Positions 28,169 through 46,690 of a stretch of 64,000 bases of DNA are shown here, piece by piece. Source of the DNA: Macrostomum lignano (Eukaryota); NCBI GenBank assembly GCA_002269645.1, contig NIVC01000561.1:408845-472844 (forward strand), written 5' to 3'. The notes under the pieces are model-generated. The model saw only the letters and a program-made list of their open reading frames with translations. It did not search any database and had not been told where the DNA came from. The translations under genes and the position numbers were made by a program. How positions within the stretch are numbered: the first letter of the stretch is position 1; each line of letters opens with the position of its first letter.

Positions 28169-31100
28169 ATGAGACCCAGGCACTACTGGGACTCTGAGTC
28201 TGACCTCAGCAACAGCAGCAGCTCGAGCGACACCGATGACTGCATCGACCATCACGACCAGGCCGACCTGATTGAAGACGACTTCTTGGAGCTGATGGAT
28301 CGCGAAGAGCAGGAGGGCCTGAACCGGGTGCTGTACGATAACACGGGCAGTGTGACCAACTCAATGCTTATCGCTGCGGGCACTGACTTGTCCTCGGCTG
28401 CTCAGTCCAAACAGATGACAGGCATCATTCGGGGTGTCGATCAGCTCACGAGCCTGACCAGGGAGCTCTTCCGTCTTCTGTTCCTGATAGCTCAACGAAT
28501 TTGGCCCCTAGTTGGCACCGTGGTGGGCCTTGGACTGCTGCACTTGTACCTGTTCCGAGCAATTCACCTGTCCGACATCGCCTCTCACTGGGCAGCTGTT
28601 ATCGGACTGACCAGCACGGGCTTCAAGGCCGGCCTGTGCGCCACCATCCTGCTGCTCTGCTTCGCCAGGCTGGCAACTGGGTTTGCTCGGCAGGCAGCCG
28701 CTGCCAGAGCCCTGAGCGAGGCAGACTTCGACACGGCGGTCTGGCATATGCGGCTGGAGGTGGGGTTCGCCTTTCCAGACTCTGTTAACTCTTTTCACCA
28801 GTCCTTTGAATCTGGTCAGTAGCTACCCTTGGATCTAATCATTGGTTATCAATAGATCTGGTCATTGGCTACCTTTAAATCTGGTCATTAGCCACGTTTA
28901 GATCTGGTCTTTATCTACCTTTAAATCTGGGCATTATCTACCTTTAAATCTGGTCTTTATCTACCTTTAAATCTGGGCATTATCTACCTTTAAATCTGGT
29001 CATTATCTACCTTTAAATCTTGTCATTATCTACCTTTAAATCTGGTCATTATCTATCTTTAAATCTGGTCATTATCTACCTTTAAATCTGGTCATTATCT
29101 ACCTTTAAATCTGGTCATTATCTATCTTTAAATCTGGTCATTATCTATCTTTAAATCTGGTCATTATCTACCTTTAAATCTGGTCATTATCTACCTTTAA
29201 ATCTGGTCATTATCTATCTTTAATTCTGGTCATTATCTATCTTTAAATCTGGGCATTATCTACCTTTAAATCTTGTCATTATCTACCTTTAAATCTGGTC
29301 ATTATCTATCTTTAAATCTGGTCATTATCTACCTTTAAATCTGGTCATTATCTACCTTTAAATCTGGTCATTATCTATCTTTAAATCTGGTCATTATCTA
29401 TCTTTAAATCTGGGCATTATCTATCTTTAAATCTGGTGATTGGCCACTTATACCTCACATTAGCTATCTTCACCTGCTACATCGTGTGGTGATTCGCAAT
29501 CCCAATTTAATCCCCATACTTATATTCCCCAGCTAGAACAGGGCCACTCGCTGTCGAGCATCCGCCGGAGTCTGCACCCAAAGAAGCTGTCATACTTCAT
29601 CGGAGCCAAATGGGCCACTGCAACTATGAGAATGAAAAAGTTCGTCATCGCTATGGTGACCATGCTGTGCGTGGCGCACCATTGCGCAATCATCATCGAG
29701 ACTCAGCAGATGCGTCCGGACGTTCTGCACTGCATCTTCAGCGTGGCGTTCCTGCTTCTGTCCCTGTGCCTCTTCTCAACTGACCTGCTGGCTGTGCAGT
29801 GGGGCTGCGTCATGTGAGGCACTGGGCCCTGCGCTCCGCCAGCCCCGCGTGAAGTTCTACTTTTCACCTCTTGTCCACTGACCTCCTGTCCATTGACCTC
29901 CTGTCCATTGACCTCTTGTCCATTGATCTGTCCATTGAGCTCCTGTCCTTTAACCTGTCCATTGACCTCCTGTCCATTGACCTCCTGTCCATTGACCTCC
30001 TGTCCATTGACCTCCTGTCCATTGACCTCCTGTCCATTGACCTCCTGTCCATTGACCTCCTGTCCATTGACCTCCTGTCCATTGACCTCCTGTCCATTGA
30101 TCTGTCCATTGAGCGCTTGTCCTTTAACCTGTCCATTGACCTTCTGTCCATTGACCTCCTGTCCATTGACCACTCGGTCAAAACGCCCCCGGAGTAAGCC
30201 ACTGACTGTGTATTTTGATACTTCTAAACTCGAATCTTCCCAGAGCGAGCTGCCTGCTCTACTATCTGCTGCAGCTGGCATTCTACAAGCTGCAGAACTC
30301 CGCTCACCGATTTGAGCAGGCTTTTCCCAGCTTGCTCGCCTTCCGCGACGCCTTGGACTTTGTGCCGCGGCTGGATCTCGACCGGCTCGGCTGGCAGTCG
30401 GGGAACACGGGCTGCGGACCGGACTTCATCTCGTTGCTCATCACCGTCCTGCTAGACGGTGTGTGCATCGGGGTGCTGCACGACATCAACGCCATCTCCT
30501 CCTTGGTCCGACTGTTCAGCGTGTGCGGCGGCAACTTCATCGGTCTGACAGGCGTCGAAGTTCTAGCGATGCTGGGCACCGAGTTCATGGCCGCGCCGTG
30601 CGTGATACTGCTGCTGTTTCCGTATTTGCGTCGACTGTCGGAGTCGGAAGCTGCGTTCGTCTGCACGGTGATGCTGCACAGCGCCACAGCGTCCACTGAC
30701 AGGCGGTTTGCGTATTTCGGTGTCAATAGGGAGAAATTCCTGCTGCAAGCGGTTGTGCTGCGGCAGATGTCCATCCTGAGCACTGTGCCAATCTGCAAGG
30801 TGTTGTACCCGCTCAGGACGAAGCTGTACGTCAGCTGCGCCGGGTTCCAGCAGCCGGGTGAGTCTGATTGTCGTTTAGATGAAGTGTACCTGTAAAATGA
30901 CTCATGCAACCTGTAAAAAGACTCATGCAATCTGTAAAAAGACTCATGCAATCTGTAAAAAGACTCATGCAACCTGTAAAAAGATTCATGCTACCTGTAA
31001 AAAGACTCATATTACCTGTACAAAGACTTCCATAGCTGTACAAGTGTCGTACGTACACAAAGACTTGTGCCTGTACAAAAACACGAATGCTGGATTAATG

Positions 31101-31897
31101 GCATCGTTTTTCAATAAAGACTAAAACGGACACAAAGACATAACCGAGCTTTACAAATCTACCTACCTGGCTACCTACAAAGACCCGTGCAAACAACATA
31201 CAATTCCCCTAATCTCACAACTCCAGGTAAGGCGGCAGCCGGTTCCATATTCTACCGTGTGTGTTCGGGCGCCTTAGACGGCCTCAGGCTGGCGACCCTG
31301 GTCAGCAAGGTGACGCTGATTGCCAAGCTCAGCACCATCATACTCTGCCTGATGATAGACGCTCTGTTCCACTACCTGTCCTGCATCACCAACAGCATTG
31401 TCACCATTCGTCAGGCGATGGGATTTCTACTAAAACCATTTTTATTTCTATTCTGCGAGACCAAGGAGTCGCTGGATTGGCACAGCCTCCTCGTTGCGGA
31501 GATCCTCACCTTCAAGACTGAGAATTTTCGAGTTCGCCTCTCCGAAGCGATGGACAGTCACCAAGTGCAGCTGGTGTACAACAACCTGACCGGCGCCGAG
31601 CTGCAAGACAACTGGCGAACCAATCTCCTGGTGGCTCGGCACCTGTACGAGCCAGAGTCCATGTCAGAGACCTTTGAAGACGCCGCCGGTCCGTTCTTCT
31701 CAGCCTACATGGTTGGGGAGTCTGGCTCGCTGATTGAGCACGCCATCTTCATCAATATTTTCTTCTTTCATTGTCTCACTGGTAGTCGAGTCACAGCGGC
31801 TATGGCTGGCAAGATGGCGGCAGCGTCGCTGGTTTCCATGCTGATTAATACCCGACTGTTGCAGCTGATGACCGTTGGAAACCGTGACAGGCACTGA
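28169..31897 (+). CDS. Uncharacterised multipass membrane protein, ~718 aa, 4 exons
   Basis: Exons 28169-28759, 29533-29813, 30244-30857, 31227-31897 splice GT-AG with matching phases (0, 2, 1) into 2157 nt with no stop. Acidic Ser/Asp N-terminus and many hydrophobic segments; no family motif recognised. Confidence 0.8.
28810..29440. repeat. 23-bp intronic minisatellite
   Basis: Unit CTTTAAATCTGGTCATTATCTAC. Confidence 0.95.
29870..30170. repeat. 15-bp intronic minisatellite
   Basis: Unit TGTCCATTGACCTCC. Confidence 0.95.
30890..31020. repeat. 21-bp intronic minisatellite
   Basis: Unit CTGTAAAAAGACTCATGCAAC. Confidence 0.85.
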
Positions 31898-32354
31898 TTT
31901 CGCCTCACTGCCTGGTGGGACTACGGACTATAAAAGTTTCCCGTTGGAAAAAATTGTTTCATTATTAATATTTGTTATAACTGTTTCACACGAGTTCAAT
32001 TGCATTGAAACACTGAGACACAGTCCAAACCAAATATAGTCAGGTGTTCGGTCATCTGTTTCACTGTACCGCACAATACCGACAATTATACAATGCTGAA
32101 GGCACAGTAATAACTGAAATTTAATACTTGCTTATTTTGCGGGATGGCATAACCTGATAAATGTAAATCTATCACGCACAAAGCGCGCACTCTCAACAAC
32201 ACTGATGTGTAGAGTGGAATGTTGAATTTACAACGTGCGCACTTGTACAATGCAGCAGCAACTCTGTTTGTCTTTCTCTAAGCCCTTATCTGCCCCCCGC
32301 CCCCCCCTCCGCCACCCTGCACTGACAGATGCACGGACGCCTCACGCTAGAAGT

Positions 32355-32838
32355 CTGGAGCGGATCTGGAGCGGATCTGGAGCGGATCTGGAGCGGATCT
32401 GGAGTGGATCTGGAGCGGATCTGGAGCGGATCTGGAGCGGATCTCATGGATCGGATCTAGAGCAGATCTGGAGCGGATCTGGAGCGGATCTGGAGCGGAT
32501 CTCGATCGGATCTGGAGCGGATCTCATGGATCGGATCTGGAGCGGATCTGGAGCGGATCTCATGGATCGGATCTGGAGCGGATCTGGAGCGGATCTGGAG
32601 CGGATCTGGAGCGGATCTCATGGATCGGATCTAGAGCAGATCTGGAGCGGATCTCATGGATCGGATCTGGAGCGGATCTCGATCGGATCTGGAGCGGATC
32701 TCATGGATCGGATCTGGAGCGGATCTGGAGCGGATCTCATGGATCGGATCTAGAGCAGATCTGGAGCGGATCTGGAGCGGATCTCGATCGGATCTGGAGC
32801 GGATCTCGATCGGATCTGGAGCGGATCTCATGGATCGG
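32355..32838. repeat. 11-bp GATC-rich minisatellite
   Basis: Unit GGAGCGGATCT with CATGGATC and CGATC variants. Confidence 0.95.
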
Positions 32839-33326
32839 GAGTCAGTGTGCTCAGGAGTCAGTGGAATGGTCAGCATTGCCTCAGCGATGGTTGTGGGACG
32901 ATGTTGTCGAAGGAGGGTGCGCCCGGCTGCCCACGCTCCTTCAAATACTTAATACGCTCGTATCATAAGATCTCGATATCCTGAGGAGGTGGAAGTCGTG
33001 ACCACGGGGTCCAGTTGTATCTGGTAGGGTCGGCTTTACTCTGACCATCTTGCTGTAGCGGAAAATCACAAAAAAGCTGTATTTACATGAACATTCCGTT
33101 CCAGAGCCTGCGTCTCCAGTACTCCATGGCTAAAGCGTCACCCAAATAGCCCTCTTCAATATCTGCAGTGCAGTAATAATACTACTCTCTACCCTTATGG
33201 CTCTCTTCAGAAACCTAAAAAGGCCCTCAGCGTGGCAGCACAGGCGCAGAAACTCTCTTTAATTTTTCCTCGTTTTAAGTGTAGCGCTAGTTCGTAGCGT
33301 TTGAAAACGAATTTGTTTAGTTGGAA

Positions 33327-40390
<7,064 letters not shown>

Positions 40391-40830
40391 TTGAATTTTT
40401 AACTGAAAGTTAAATTCCATTATAATTCTAATTTAGTACTGCTCCAGTATTTCCATTTATCAGCTCTATTAATAGGCTGCAAACAATATCGTTTTTCCGG
40501 CTTTGTGTCGTTACAGTATTCGTTATAATTTGTCGGATTTTTTAAACGGCGGCAATAAAACGAAGTGGATTAAAATCTGCAATCGCATTCAAAGAAAGGT
40601 CGAAAATATAATACGAAGCCCTCTTTGAATCGAGCTGTGCTGATCAAATTTGACAAACGACTATATTTATTAATAATAACTTGTTGTAATCCGTCTGAAT
40701 TGGCAAGATTATCAGCTCAGAAAGGGATTTTAAAGTATAAAAGTTTTAAATTTGAGATAAGTATGATTATGAGTATCGGTAAAATATAAAACTGCCAGAT
40801 CTATTTATCACTACATAATTAGTATCTCAA

Positions 40831-43126
40831 TCACAGCTGCGTCTGAATGGTTCTTGGCTGCCTTTCAGCGGCTGCCGCAGCTCCAGCAGCAGCGGCAGAG
40901 GACATTTCTGGAGGGTCAAGCAGTGCCCTCTTCCAGAAAATGTTCTCTCCTGACCAGTCCTTCGTGGAGCGCCATTCTTTGATGTCCGCGGAAGCCGCAG
41001 CCGCAGCGGCAGCAGCCGCCATCGACAGTCGAGCTCGTTCGTCGGCATCAGCGTAGGGCAGCGAGTCGATCAGCCCGGCCAGATCTTCTGGCACCGTCGG
41101 AGTCTGACGCGATGAAAATCGAAGCTTGACGGTCTCCGATGCTGCTTCAGCGCCATCTTCAGCAGCCGGTGTCAGAACTACGGTTGGCGCCGATTTCTTT
41201 TCCGTTTTGTCGTCCGCCATCCCTCGTCGACGCAGAATCCTTGGCGACGAAGTCAAAGACGAGCAGCCGCTGCCTCGGCGTCGGAGCAGCGAGCCGACTA
41301 AGTTGGACGCAGCCGTCAGGGAGTCTCTACGCTTGAAGCTGCCGCCGCGGCCGCCGTTTCCGCTGCCATTGCTGTTAAGGCAAACTCCAACGCCCCAGAG
41401 TGCCGTCAGCAGAGGCTGTACATCCGCCTCAGTGACGACGTCCTGAACTCGTAGCCGCTGGGCGTACGCTGCCAGGCAGGGCTCGAAAGGCCGGCCCGGC
41501 CGCCTTCGATTGCCGGCATCAGAGCGGCTGCGTCGTGGCATGACGGAGCGTCGACGAGAGCATGTTCCGTCGGTTGTTGCTGAGGCTACTGCTGGTGCCT
41601 CGTCGTCCTGGTCAAAGCTCGCGCAGCCTCCCCCGATCGCCTCCAGGATGAGTCGCCGCAACTCGCCACACCAGAGCCGCTTCTGAGCCGGTGTGTCGGC
41701 CCGCAGTGTGGCCTCTGCAGCCTCGGGCGGTGGCCTGTCGAGTGCCAGCAGGCGGAACGCCAGCGGCTCCCTAGGCAGCGAGTCCATCAATGCCAGTCGG
41801 TCGCACCAGAAAACAGCCCGAAGTGACAGTTCGCTTTCGTGGTCAGTTGATGCGGTATTATTTTTACACTTAGTCAGCAGGAGGGCTCTGCCGAATAGTA
41901 GTGCTCGGCAAGGGTTTCGATGTCCTTGGACGGAGAAGCCGCTCTCCAGCAGCAGCGGACCTGGCCAGCGGGGCGAGGAGCCAACAGTGCTGTCGGAGGA
42001 GGCCACAGCTGCTCGAAGCAGTCGCTCAGCCTGCTGCTGTCGACGCTGCCGTTGGTCAGTCTCGGCGGCAGCTTCAGTCATGCGGGCTGCTGCTCGAGCG
42101 GCTGCCGGACGAGCCGGATTGCCGTCGGCTGCGGCCGCCAGACGTCGAAGGAGCAGCGGGTAGCGGGCGATGCGCTGCACAGGCTGCAGCAGGTGCGCCT
42201 CCAGCGGCAGTCGCAGGTGCAGCATCAACAAGGCCTGGTGCTGCAGCTGCTGCTGGTTTTGACGTCGTTGCAGTCGAGGCGATTCCGATGCGACCCGAAC
42301 TTGCCTGAGCCATTCGAGTGCGCTGCAATTTTTAAACAGCTGTTAGTCCAGGTATGTCAGGGACATTCGACAGCAATTTCAGGAAGACTAAATAAGTTGT
42401 CGGAAGCTTCTAGAGGAATGTCAGGAACATAAAATAGGAATGGCAAGCAAGGACCCAAAATAAAGACTTCAAGCATCAGTAATGATCAGGACGTCAGGGA
42501 CCAATAATAAGGACTTCCGGACTAACATTGAGGGCGTCTGCGGGGACTCAGGATATCAGGAACCCGAATACTCGATACACCTACCCGGGAAAGCTGGCAC
42601 AATACTCGGCATAAACTCGAAAGTCGCAGTCCAGAAAGGCCTGACAGAGCGGGTCCAACTGACCATCAGCCGCCTCCAGCGCAGCCAGAAGTCCGGTGTG
42701 CAGTTTCTGCAAGCGTAGCAAAGGATTTCGAAGAGGGCAGTCGCGTCCAAGATCCGCCTGTGGGTTTGAGTTTCGGGGGGAAGGGTAGTTGTCATTAGCA
42801 GCCAGTGGGCATGGCATCTTACCGCACTATGCTGTGTCAGTGGCATGGCATCTTGACCCACTCTGGCAGGTCTGATGATCTATTTATCATACATGACATG
42901 CAGAAAAACAAAGAGTACGGCATTCATAGAGTAAAAAGCATTCTGAGCGGTTGTTCAATATAGTCAGTTCAAGGTCAAGCCGACTCACCATCACTAGACT
43001 ACTCAGATCGGCAACGTAGGACCGTTCTGTAAACAGAATCTCTTGCATAACACTGTCCAGCTCGGAGTTGAGTTCTACTGACTCATCCTGAACCGGCTGC
43101 AGCTGGTGGCGCTGATCTGATGGCAT
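40831..43126 (-). CDS. DH-PH Rho guanine nucleotide exchange factor, PLEKHG1/2/3-like (~619 aa)
   Basis: Exons 43126-42989, 42879-42823 (uncertain), 42757-42585, 42322-40831. DH motifs: EILFTERSYVADL, FRVYAEYCASFPGAL, LPLEAHLLQPVQRIARYPLLL. The PH domain ends KRLWCGELRRLILE. The start codon and the exon 2 model are uncertain. Confidence 0.85.
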
Positions 43127-43809
43127 CTTCTACTTCTATACCTACATGACACGTGTTGTGCTGAAGTATTAGGAAAGCTGATTAAATGTTTCTTTTTTCG
43201 ATAATTCAATAGGACTCTGTAAGAAAACGACTGTAAAATGACCGTAGAGGGCAGCCGGTGGTGAACAACTTTTTTTCTTTTTATAACTTTCTTGTTCGGC
43301 TCTCCGCCTCTCTTCTTTTTTTCCATTCTGCCGAAGAACTGTGTAACTGGCAGAGAGAAACAGCCTTCATGCCGGGCCACATGCAGTCAGCAAGAAAGGC
43401 AAACTATAGCAATGAGTCAGCGAAGGCTTCTGACCCATTCCTGCCCGCTGCTGCATGTGTATGCAGAGTGCTGTCCAAGCATTGCGCTGAATAAATTATG
43501 CTAAATAGCTGTTGCTCTAAACACTGAAGTTTCCTGTTTGGCCAAGCCAACTTTTACTTATTGGCAGATCTCTCTTTTACAGGTTGTGGCTTACGGAGGC
43601 GTAATCTGCATGTATCTATACAGCTGCCATGCAACCTGTCAAGTGCTTTTTCTCAAGATTTATTTATTACCAACAGATTATTTGGCTTTGGTCAACGAAA
43701 TATCAGTGCAGTGAAGTGCGGTCTGTGAGCCTGTTGTGGAGCAGGTATTCGGGCCCAGGACGTTGCGACCCTGTGAGCGGGAAAGTGACAGCAAGGGATC
43801 GAGAGAGTG

Positions 43810-44215
43810 TGTGAGATAATGATTTCGTGAGGAATAGAGAGAGGGAGATGATGATTTCGTGAGGAATAGAGAGAGGGAGATGATGATTTCGTGAGGAATA
43901 GAGAGAGGGATATGATGATTTCGTGAGGAATAGAGAGAGGGAGATGATGATTTCGTGAGGAATAGAGAGAGGGATATGATGATTTCGTGAGGAATAGAGA
44001 GAGGGATATGATGATTTCGTGAGGAATAGAGAGAGGGAGATGATGATTTCGTGAGGAATAGAGAGAGGGAGATGATGATTTCGTGAGGAATAGAGAGAGG
44101 GAGATGATGATTTCGTGAGGAATAGAGAGAGGGAGATGATGATTTCGTGAGGAATAGAGAGAGGGAGATGATGATTTCGTGAGGAATAGAGAGAGGGAGA
44201 TGGTGACTTTATGAG
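43810..44215. repeat. 29-bp minisatellite
   Basis: Unit GATGATTTCGTGAGGAATAGAGAGAGGGA. Confidence 0.95.
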
Positions 44216-45434
44216 GAATAAAGAGACAGAATGACTTTAAGAGAAAAACAATTTCGGAAGCAATTGGCAGCGTATATTGAAGTGCATGCATGGGCATTTT
44301 CAAACTTTTCTTCCATGTACCTCGTACCTCCCCTTGTTAGTAAACTGTATTCGACAACTGAAATTAAAAAATAAGTATATTTGCGCTTGTAATACTACTG
44401 AAGGACCAAAAAAACATGCAGGCCTGCAATTGTGGTCCAAGGTTTATATTTCATAAGTGGATATTTAACAGGTACCAGCGATATCTAACATGTAACACCA
44501 ACACCTATCAAGTTCATCATAAAGTACCAGCTTTATACGTAGGCATAAATATCTAACGGTAGGCATGAATGTATGACGGTGTAAGATATCTAGGAAATTG
44601 TGATACAATCCATCGCGTTACGCTAGAATGTCTAAATCAATGTCTAAACAGTAATCGAACATTTCCATAACACAACACATCACAGATATGATCAGAGAAT
44701 CCTGTCGACAAAACCTCCTCAGATTTACTGCATTTTATGAGCCTTCAAAATAGCATTAACTTTTAACCTACTTACATGAGTAGTAAAATGAGCTTTTCCG
44801 AAACCAATAGTTTGACAAATTTTGTAAAGTACCTTAAGAACTTTGAAATAAACGATGACCAGAAAAAGAAGCCATTTTTTTCACTTAGGGGAGGTCCTAT
44901 TGGAGGCAATCGGCGCCCAGAACGCCTGTCAAACTTCATCATACTTGTTTTCAAAAAATAAAAAAAGTTGTCCAAATTAAATTTTTACCTACAGTACAGT
45001 AGGTCTAGATTAGATGACTTAAACTCGTTCAGTTTGGCCCTATAAGATTCTGCAGTAATAGTCTGCATATACTCGTATAGTACATGCCCAATAAAGTTAC
45101 ACCTAAGGTAGCAAGGCGCAGTGCACTAAACTGACTTCGCAAGCAGAATGAACTGCATTATTCGGGACCTCTCATTAGCCGATCGCAAACTGTGCATGCG
45201 CGTTCGCATGTCAAGGTGCAAATTTATGAATTTATGCTAATTTACCATGCCGGAACGGTGACATTTTATTCTGCATGGTGAATTCAAGGTCATCGAGAGT
45301 CATTGTGATACCGCATGCGCCGCTGTCTGCAACTCCATTTGGCAGGGCACAGGAAGACCATTAGTTCTGCAACCATGTTTCATTGTAGTTGTTGCACTAA
45401 TTCGTTAGTTCATTAAAATTCAAGATACAACTGG

Positions 45435-46690
45435 TGACACCCCTGTCTAATAGGTGACACTCCTGTCTAACAAGTGACACTTCTGTCTAACAGGTGACAC
45501 TTCTGTCTAACAGGTGACACTCCTGTCTAACAAGTGACACTTCTGTCTAACAGGTGACACTTCTGTCTAACAGGTGACACTCCTGTCTAACAAGTGACAC
45601 TTCTGTCTAACAGGTGACACTTCTGTCTAATAGGTGACACTCCTGTCTAACAAGTGACACTTCTGTCTAACAGGTGACACTTCTGTCTAACAGGTGACAC
45701 TCCTGTCTAACAGGTGACACCCCTGTCTAACAGGTGACACTCCTGTCTAACAACAGGTGACACCCCTGTCTAACAGGTGACACTCCTGTCTAACAGGTGA
45801 CACTTCTGTCTAACAGGTGACACTTCTGTCTAACAACAGGTGACACTCTTGTCTAACAGGTGACACTTCTGTCTAACAACAGGTGACACTCCTGTCTAAC
45901 AGGTGACACTTCTGTCAAACAGGTGACACCCCTGTCTAACAGGTGACACTCCTGTCTAAACAGGTAACACTCCTATCTAACAGGTAACACTACTGTCTAA
46001 CAGGTGACACTCCCGTCAAACAGGTGACACTCCTGTCAAACAGGTGACACTCCTGTCAAACACAGGTGATACTCCTGTCTAACAGGTGACACCCCTGTCT
46101 AACAGGTGACACTCCTGTCTAAACAGGTGACACTCCTATCTAACAGGTAACACTACTGTCTAACAGGTGACACTCCCGTCAAACAGGTGACACTCCTGTC
46201 AAACAGGTGATACTACTGTCTAACAGGTGACACTCCTGTCTAACAGGTGACACTCCTGTCAAACAGGTGATACTACTGTCTAACAGGTGACACTCCCGTC
46301 AAACAGGTGACACTCCTGTCAAACAGGTGATACTACTGTCTAACAGGTGACACTCCTGTCTAACAGGTGACACTGCTGTCAAACAGGTGACACTCCTGTC
46401 TAACAAGTGACACCCCTGTCTAACAGGTGACACTGTCTAACACTGTCTAACAAGTGACACCCCTGTCTAACAGGTGACACTGTCTAACACTGTCTAACAA
46501 GTGACACCCCTGTCTAACAGGTGACACTCCTGTCTAACAGGTGACACTCCTGTCTAACAAGTGACACCCCTGTCTAACAGGTAACACTCCTGTCTAACAA
46601 CAGGTGACACCCCTGTCTAACAGGTGACACTTCTGTCTAACAACAGGTGACACTCCTGTCTAACAGGTGACACTCCTGTCTAACAGGTCA
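45435..46690. repeat. 20-bp internally palindromic minisatellite
   Basis: Unit AACAGGTGACACTCCTGTCT, about 60 copies, no spacers. Confidence 0.95.

Noticed and set aside
32860-33060. Possible - strand exon between the 11-bp array and the coiled-coil gene
   Set aside because: All frames close quickly and no partner exon was found.
45435-46690. CRISPR-like palindromic repeats
   Set aside because: Head-to-tail units with no unique spacers, no cas genes, eukaryotic context. The same applies to the 54365-55012 and 13415-14285 arrays.
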